A stretch of DNA of 35,062 nucleotides from Sphaeroforma arctica JP610. Lineage: Eukaryota. Numbering within the stretch: the stretch's first letter is position 1; each line of letters starts with the position of its first letter. The stretch is from NCBI RefSeq assembly GCF_001186125.1, contig NW_014039935.1:12986-48047 (forward strand), in the 5' to 3' direction. Shown here in pieces: positions 24,901-32,107 of the stretch. Position numbers and translations under genes: made by a program. The notes beneath the pieces are model-generated. The model was not told the origin of the DNA, ran no database searches, and saw only the letters and a program-made list of their open reading frames with translations.

Positions 24901-26208
24901 TTCCTCTTGCAGATATTTCACCACCACACATCACAGCAACGCTACACATACCTGGCAATGTTTCGAACTGGTGCGGGTGGGTGACGTGCATAATGTGGTC
25001 GTCGTGTAGATCGCGCAGATGCGTTAGCAGTTCCCTGGGTAGAACAGAGTGCGTGGGTAGGTAGTATTCTATTAATAGATCTTCGAGCGGTTCTACAGTA
25101 GGTAACAAAGGTACGATCACATACACTCAGAGACGAGAAGGTACCACGCCTCAAAACTGAACAGTAAACCGCACGTCCTTACAGGATTCTCAAGCGTCTA
25201 TAGCTCATCCAAACGGCAACATAAAAGAACCGCCCCCCCCCAAAGGGAAAACCCAAGAACCCAAAGTATGTGGAATGGCAAAGGCCGGGGGTGTACCAAC
25301 CTCAAGCCCATGGTCGGTGAAGGGCAGAACTGTGAGATGTCGATCTGTCGTCCGGGCAGCACAAACATGGGCTTCACACAGCACACCACACAGCCCACTA
25401 TGCCCGTGCAGTACTTGCAGTCCTTCTTGACGGCTATGAAGCTCATGGGCGCGTCCCAGTCCTGTGAAAGGGGACAGGTAACGGGGACAAAAGGACCGGG
25501 TGTTTTGTGACAGGACAATATGGGGTACGGTATAACAACCGCTTGTTTGACCGATATAGAGATCATGGGTGGACCTTATAGGGAAGGGAATACTAAGGGC
25601 AAAATGAGGACATTTTGGTACCCCCGCCCAAAAAAAATCCTTGTGGTGTTTATAACCTTTTTTTTAACGGTCAAAAAGCACACGAGTGCTTTCTAACACC
25701 CAATCGTAATATTCCAAATAGGAGTTACCCATATGGTACGTTTGAAATGAGTGCCAGTGCATGCATGTGACTCAAAACGTAGCACACCACACAGCCCACT
25801 CCCCCGGTGCAGCACTTGTAGTCGTTTCAGGATGATACAGAGCGCCAAAAAGTATCCCACAGCCCCCAATTTTGATAAATTTGGCCGAGTTTTCGGAAAC
25901 GAGAAAAGAAATTGCTACAGGCACGCATACCAGCAACCACTTATACACAACACCTATAAACAATTTCATTTACATTCCACAGGTAACTACATATAAACAA
26001 TATCAATAGCAAATGAAACCGCTACCTATGCACCTAAACGCAGCCATATATACTCAATACATAAATGTAAACACGTGTACATAATATATAATACTCCAGT
26101 CGAGCCACTCAGAGACAGGGGTCATACGGGTGTGGCAGCTTTGTACGTCTTCTTGCGCTTGGAGACCATTTCGGTGACGCCGTAGCCGTCTGCCGGGCGT
26201 TTCTCCAT
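14003..26208 (-). CDS. 15-exon gene, 1877-aa protein: 4 tandem Cys/His (putative zinc-binding) modules + unknown middle domain + degenerate SNF2-like ATPase N-lobe
   Basis: Hand-spliced exons: 26208-26128, 25461-25301, 25034-24952, 24653-24417, 23933-23712, 23144-22913, 22558-22361, 21887-21769, 21382-21126, 20751-20556, 20206-19704, 18928-18614, 17846-17739, 17219-16288, 15992-14003. All introns are GT-AG with matching phases. Total 5634 nt = 1878 codons from ATG to TGA. Splicing restores the internal protein repeats across junctions. The product call is by eye from motifs. Confidence 0.85.
16288..17219 (-). CDS. Gene 1 exon 14 (acidic low complexity + start of SNF2-like lobe)
   Basis: Matches the 311-aa ORF. 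Acceptor CGATTAG|GTG, donor GG|GTAGGT (phase 2). Confidence 0.88.
17739..17846 (-). CDS. Gene 1 exon 13 (VIKALEMYHNATATPWFDKRYADFFVRCGLQRLWAQ), absent from the ORF track
   Basis: GC-rich island within a CA-rich intron. Acceptor GTACAG|GTG, donor CAG|GTGTGT; 108 nt, phase 0/0. Confidence 0.8.
18614..18928 (-). CDS. Gene 1 exon 12 (VLLKTIRTYSYEEL...KDIFDA)
   Basis: Acceptor CCTACAG|GTC, donor GCG|GTAAGT; 315 nt, phase 0/0. Confidence 0.85.
19182..19718. repeat. 94-bp tandem array (at least 5.5 units, contains a gap) overlapping the exon 11 donor
   Basis: TAAACAAGTCACAGTCACA at 19182, 19276, 19370, 19465 and 19559. Confidence 0.95.
19704..20206 (-). CDS. Gene 1 exon 11 (module 4 C-half + start of middle domain)
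   Basis: Acceptor CACACAG|GC, donor GAG|GTGAGC. Confidence 0.85.
20252..20371. repeat. Short intronic repeat (GTATCAGGTGAGTGAGTGTG, ~25-bp period)
   Basis: Three to four imperfect copies in intron 10. Confidence 0.75.
20556..20751 (-). CDS. Gene 1 exon 10 (module 4 N-half CRFC..CANC, QPMYLLPGR)
   Basis: Acceptor CTCGCCAG|GTC, donor ATG|GTGAGT. Confidence 0.85.
20880..21144. repeat. 84-96-bp tandem array (x3) overlapping the exon 9 donor
   Basis: Repeated ATAATATATGGyCTTACAAACCCAAACCCA...CACATACCAG. Confidence 0.9.
21126..21382 (-). CDS. Gene 1 exon 9 (module 3 C-half KRKVVYGC..HFFIAERKQKKGCTQC)
   Basis: Acceptor CTCTCCAG|CC, donor CTG|GTATGT. Confidence 0.85.
21769..21887 (-). CDS. Gene 1 exon 8 (module 3: CVVQPMFELAGR...), absent from the ORF track
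   Basis: Acceptor ATACCAG|G, donor ATGG|GTGTGT. Phases 2/1 fit both neighbours. Confidence 0.85.
22361..22558 (-). CDS. Gene 1 exon 7 (module 2 end, module 3 start)
   Basis: Acceptor GCATCAG|G, donor AG|GTGTGC. Encodes HMFIAERKQKLGCRQC and KKPCRHCEDECDR. Confidence 0.85.
22913..23144 (-). CDS. Gene 1 exon 6 (module 2: CRKC..CASC, QPMYDLPGR)
   Basis: Acceptor CTCCGCAG|TG, donor GG|GTGAGT. Confidence 0.85.
23103..23683. repeat. 110-bp tandem array overlapping the exon 6 acceptor (largely within an assembly gap)
   Basis: ATGCACACCCTTCATTG at 23103 and 23213; CATCACTGCGGAGGTGAGTGG at 23140 and 23560; diverged copy at 23636-23683. Confidence 0.88.
23712..23933 (-). CDS. Gene 1 exon 5 (S/T/G/P-rich linker)
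   Basis: Acceptor GTACCAG|AT, donor ACAG|GTAGGG. Open in the required frame; phases 1/1. Confidence 0.75.
24417..24653 (-). CDS. Gene 1 exon 4 (module 1 C-half KKKLLYMC..H..KQKKGCPQC + linker)
   Basis: Acceptor CTTCGTAG|AT, donor GCAG|GTATGG. Confidence 0.85.
24952..25034 (-). CDS. Gene 1 exon 3 (module 1 middle)
   Basis: Acceptor CTACCCAG|G (phase 2), donor CCAG|GTATGT (phase 1). Confidence 0.8.
25301..25461 (-). CDS. Gene 1 exon 2 (module 1 N-half: CKYC..CVVC, KPMFVLPGR)
   Basis: Acceptor CTTTCACAG|GAC, donor AG|GTTGGT. Confidence 0.85.
26128..26208 (-). CDS. Gene 1 exon 1 (MEKRPADGYGVTEMVSKRKKTYKAATP; basic NLS-like KRKK)
   Basis: ATG at 26208, donor CCC|GTATGA, phase 0 matches exon 2. 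The start codon is not independently confirmed. Confidence 0.65.
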
Positions 26209-29200
26209 GATCGCAGTATTAGATGTTACCTACCCGTGTTTGTCGGGGTGCCCTAGAGAATAAAGAATAGTGATTCGTAGTTGGAGAGTTATAATTGTAT
26301 CGGAAGCTGAAAACCCCTTTTATGATGATATCCATCAATATAGCATAGTTTATCAGTATTCATTGAATAATTCTTAAAGATAATATATATATATATATAT
26401 ATATATATCAAACCCCATACTACCGTAAGAGATACACTAATATAGCAAGTGGCAGTAATACGGCTAAATAGACATGGCGAGTAAGATATATACGCCACGT
26501 CCAGGGGAAGCAATAGCACATGTTCGACAGGACATATGCGAGCAATATATATACAGGTGTACATACATCTTAGCATATAACCAGATTTACCTACACTGAG
26601 ATATTCGGAGGTGTGCAGATTGTACATTTGTATCGTAACGGACAATTCTTTTCATGTAAATGTGTGTCACACTCACTATATATACATACATGCATTGTGT
26701 ATACACCAAGTCGATGCGAATAATATGAATTCCCACCGATTGCTTGTATTAGCGACTACCAATGCGCATCTGACACAACTTTCTGGGGGGTTCAGGGTTA
26801 CAAAAGAGAGCGACTTTGTTCAACCGCTGCATTGACGACGTGACAAAGACAATGAGTGGTCATAAACCACACAGTCCTTATCCTTATACGTACCATTCAG
26901 CACCCCATTCGCATGTGAATGTACACAGATTGTGTGTGCTTCAGTTGTCTAATGTAGTTACTAACTCTAAATCCGACATATACAACAGGAGAGTGGTCTT
27001 ACTATATTTGGATGTGACCCTATTCGCATACTTATTCAATTAAATGCGTGTATATACAGTTGCAGTTCTCGCAATAAGAGCGTACAGTGTTGGCCCGAAC
27101 GTAACAGTACACCATCCCACAGAACCTCGCAATGCGCCATGTCTTATAAATAGGTGTACACACGCAAACCCCACCCCAAAACCCCACATCCCAACTAAAT
27201 GAGGCGCTAGTGTCAAACTTAAGCCCTTTTCTCGCGTAATGGGTGAATGTACCGGCCATAGACAGGTGCTATAGTAGGACCATATTCTATGTAACAAGGT
27301 GGATACTCCATCTTAAATGAATTATATAAACAGAGACACAGCTGTAGTTATATATACCGCTGTACACGTTACCAGAGCTTACTATGGAAGAGCCATACCT
27401 CACATAACAAGACAAATGATTCACTGGAACGTAACTGATACTAAAGTAGAATAGTCGCCTGAGTGTTAAAAAGTTTTCCCACAATACGAAAGAGACTGAG
27501 CATGTTACGAGACGACGACGCATGTAGTGTGCAGTGAGTTGTCCACGCCCTGTCTTATTCACACAACACACACATATGCCAAGAGGAGTGTAGCACGGAT
27601 GTAGTGTTCAGCGGATGCATCACGTGCTCCTTCATTTTAAATCACATGTACGCCTCACTATTGCACGTTTCGCACGAGAATGAGAATGCCACGGGATGTC
27701 CAACACGCATGTAGCGTGCATCCGATATAACACGCAGTCCTTCATTTATGTATACATACGCACGGCTGTCAAGAGGTAAGCCATAGACTTAATATGTCTT
27801 TCATACACACACACACACACATACGCGTAGCCGTACCTTTATCGGTACAAGACCTCTGGATGGAGTGTGGTGTACAGTCCCAGAAAAGCCTAATCCCCCT
27901 GACACGGTCAAGCAAGTATATAGTATACACTTGGAGGCGAGTAACCTCACTGTTGTGTTTAAATATGCCCCACTTCACAGGGTTTACTGGATACTAGTAA
28001 GCTATACTCAATGACCATGTATCCTGGGGGGGGGGGGGGGGTTGTATGTGCACCTTGTTATGCCGCTATAGTCCTATAGACCCGATCGGTTGTGTTTGCA
28101 GTCCTCTAGAGAGACCTATACCCGTTTTATGTAAAATGTAAGTGCAACAGATACCCAGAACCTTTTTGTGCGAGTGCGTCTTTCTGTTATAAAGTTATGC
28201 CTCTATTTCCTACACAGCTGGATATGGGGCGTTTGGAGCTGGGAGCAATAAAGAATTTGTGTTTTATTCTCATGCTGTTGTTTTTATACCCCTTTTCCTA
28301 TATAAACTTGTTGGGGTTTCAGACATATTCGAAATTTTCCGTCGGAAACTCTAAATTTTATTCAATTTGCATCAGTTTTTATTATCAGACTTCCCTCCAG
28401 AAAATATTTTCGCCACTTTTTATTTCCAACGGTCGCTGCCTCTGATATGAGGTTTGGGGTTTGAAACAAACATTTTAGGACATATTTGTCACTTTGCCAT
28501 AGGTCCCCAAAACCCAAGTGACAGTGCCAAAATTTAAAAAAATTGCAAAACCCCTGAATGTCGGTGTATTGAACTATTGGATTATTTATATTCACTTTTC
28601 CGATCCATTGTGTGATTTCGACGTGCCTTCAGAGTCTAGTCAGAGGTTTTAATGCAGAAGCCGAACTGAGAGTATTCTAAAGGCCGTCATCACAAAAGCA
28701 ATGACACTGCACAATATTAAACGTCGTAATTTCTCGGGCGAATATGATTGATCGAGAGAAGGAGATGTGTCATACGGGTGAGACGACTTATGTGTATTGG
28801 GATCGACAAATGAGATCGCCACAGATTGTGAGATAAACATGAAATATTTAGCTAATATATGTATTCATTTATACAATTTACTAAGTGTATACATATATGT
28901 TGCACTTGTATGCATGTATAATATAAATACATATTTAAAACTTGCTTGTGGTACATATGAGTATGACTACGACTATAAGTCTATAACTACAGACTCTATA
29001 CATATGCATGAGCAGCTAGTAGTATACATCAGGTAGCAAACAGATGAAGTGTCCCTCCGATCACTATCCATCCAGTACTAAATAGACCACTCGACTAGAC
29101 ATAGTCAGGGGGAGGTCAACTCTCTGTATCTACATAAAAATCTGAAAATATAAACATAAATGAGACACGCACTTCTTGAATAAGGTATGCCATCTTTGTG

Positions 29201-29689
29201 GTAGTGATTTCCCTCACGCATGCACTATCACTTTGCAGCCTTTTGAAATGAAGCTCTTCGATTCGTGTATCGAGTTTACTACCATTTATTAAATGGCCGC
29301 AGCATATGTACTGGTGCATTGCATCGTGCATCTATTTTAGGACTGTTTGATCACCGGCAGACTCCGTTTTGAGCTCATACATATAGATAAGTCATGTGAA
29401 GTTTAGTGGCCAGTTCACCGTTTAACATTAAAATGGGTATATACATATCTGAACGTATTAGTATAGTTACGTGTATCTGTACGCACTCGTTATCACATAG
29501 CCATTACGTTGAAGGATTCAAGTCAGCCACATATATTTAAATCCATAAGTTGTGCTACGTTTTTGAATATGCATACTGTATTACACGTTAATCTGTATTC
29601 AAAATCGGAATGAATACATAGAAATATATCTATACATGATTTTTGATATAGAAATATTTGCATAGAAATACGCATATACTTATGCACGT

Positions 29690-29815
29690 CTACACACACA
29701 TGCACACACGCAAACACACACACGCACACACACACTCTCTCTATATATCACGCACACACACACACACGCTCTCTCTATATTACACACACACACACAATCA
29801 CACACGCACATGTAC

Positions 29816-29846
<31 letters not shown>

Positions 29847-29847
29847 T

Positions 29848-29898
<51 letters not shown>

Positions 29899-29992
29899 CG
29901 TATTTATNNNNNNNNNNNNNNNNNNNNTATATATTTATATATACTTACATACATATACATATACATACATGCATTCAAACATACAAACATAA

Positions 29993-30065
<73 letters not shown>
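29690..30065. repeat. Compound (CA)n/(TA)n microsatellite with a gap
   Basis: Directly visible. Confidence 0.95.
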
Positions 30066-30316
30066 CTGCACATGTGAGTATGTATCTGTTTGTACGTATA
30101 CATGTGTCGACGTTTACCGTAATTTATACATATCTGTATATCTATACAAGCTAACCTATATGCATGTATGTAAGTACATCTATATATGTACATTTATATA
30201 GACTTTCCTATTTGGACAATCGAAAGTTACACACACAACCATCATTTTGTATAACCACTGTCATGGTACTGATCTTCACCCTTTCCAAATTGTTACAGTA
30301 GCCAGAGTTCTTCAAA

Positions 30317-32008
30317 ATGTCGAACTCGCAACCGGATTTAACGAAGACGAGTGCCCTCTCACCTGTCGGTGCTCTGGGCAAACCAGGCAAGCGTGGACAC
30401 AGGTTGGCAGCTGTAGTTGGTTTATATGTGTATTAAGATATACATTTGTTTATACATAAACCCTTACTGTTTGTGTCATCGATTAATATGTCTTTGTATG
30501 CATGCATGTCTAAGTATATGTGCATTAAGATATACATTTGTTCATATATAAACACTTACTGTGTGTGCCATCTATTGTTGTGTCTATGTATGTATACATG
30601 CGTGACCAAATATATGTGTATTAAAATATACATTTGTTTAAACATATACAATCACTCTTTGTACCGTCTACGGTCATGTGTGTGTATGCATGTCTATCCA
30701 GGTAGACGTGTAGGTCTATGCATTTGTGTGCATATGCAATGAATCTCTGTTTTTTTTTTTGCTTGAAACAGAGTATACGTAATATTATAATTGATGTTGT
30801 GATACAGTTCATAATTCTGTATGGCATTGCCCGTGTATTCTCATCGGAGTTTCAGGGTCACATTTGTAGAAACAACAGAAACGAATCGAATTTTATGTAA
30901 ATAGAAACAGTAGGAAATCGATCTATGTGCATATAAACAGTAGGAAATTGATCCATATGTACATATAAACAGTAAGAAACTTATTTATATGTACATAGAA
31001 GCAGAAGTAAACTGATTTATATCTATAGGCAATTTAAGTTGTTTGGCCCTGCCTATAATTCCTATTCAAGCGCACTTATCCATGCATCCAAGGTAGTGAT
31101 ATCAGTGCAATATGCATAGCAGGATTCAATTGTGGTTGTATATACACCTGGTATAGTGTTATAAACATACGCTTGTCCATGCAGTATACATAGAAGCAGT
31201 CATGCGCATTTATATACACAGCCGAAATCACACGGTGGTTTTAGGGGTTTAGGGTTTTCTAGCTTAGAGAACCCTATTGAGGTAGGGTTTTCTAAGTAAT
31301 TGGCAACTGACGGAACAGTCACGAGGGTTTGCCCGAAGTTCGGCACAATTGATTGGTGTGAAAGACTGTCATCATGTCCGCTAACTCAGTTATAGGCGTA
31401 GACTACAGTGACAAATACAGCATATACATAGTTACACACTTATCAATTCAGTCACGAACAGGCATTACAGAGATATGCACAGTAGGTATGTACATATACA
31501 TATATATACATATACATAAACATAAAAATATATATACATAGCACATATATATATACATATGCATATACGTATACATATTCATGCTCCATGTCAACTTAGA
31601 ATACAATCACGTGTCTATCGCATGCTTAGCTGCGCCTATTCTACTGTTCGTGTTATACGCGAGAGGGTTCGACCGGAGATCGGCTGCATCCATTCGTTCA
31701 GAAGACCATCACCGCACCTGTCAATCCACTTCGTAGGCACAAATAGCAGCGGCAAGCGCAAAACAGGTGGGCGTTATGTCAGGCCATACCAAAACCCTAA
31801 ACACTAAACCCTAAAACCCGGAAAGAGCGCATTGCCTTGCATAAATACACACACACACACATACACACACACACACACACACACNNNNNNNNNNNNNNNN
31901 NNNNNNNNNNNNNNNNNNNNNNNNNNNNNNNNNNNNNNNNNNNNNNNNNNNNNNNNNNNNNNNNNNNNNNNNNNNNNNNNNNNNNNNNNNNNNNNNNNNN
32001 NNNNNNNN

Positions 32009-32107
<99 letters not shown>

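Noticed and set aside
31650..31660. TAC acceptor of the duplicate exon as a U12-type AT-AC intron end
   Set aside because: I found no ATATCCTT donor or TCCTTAAC branch site, and the exon copy is frameshifted.
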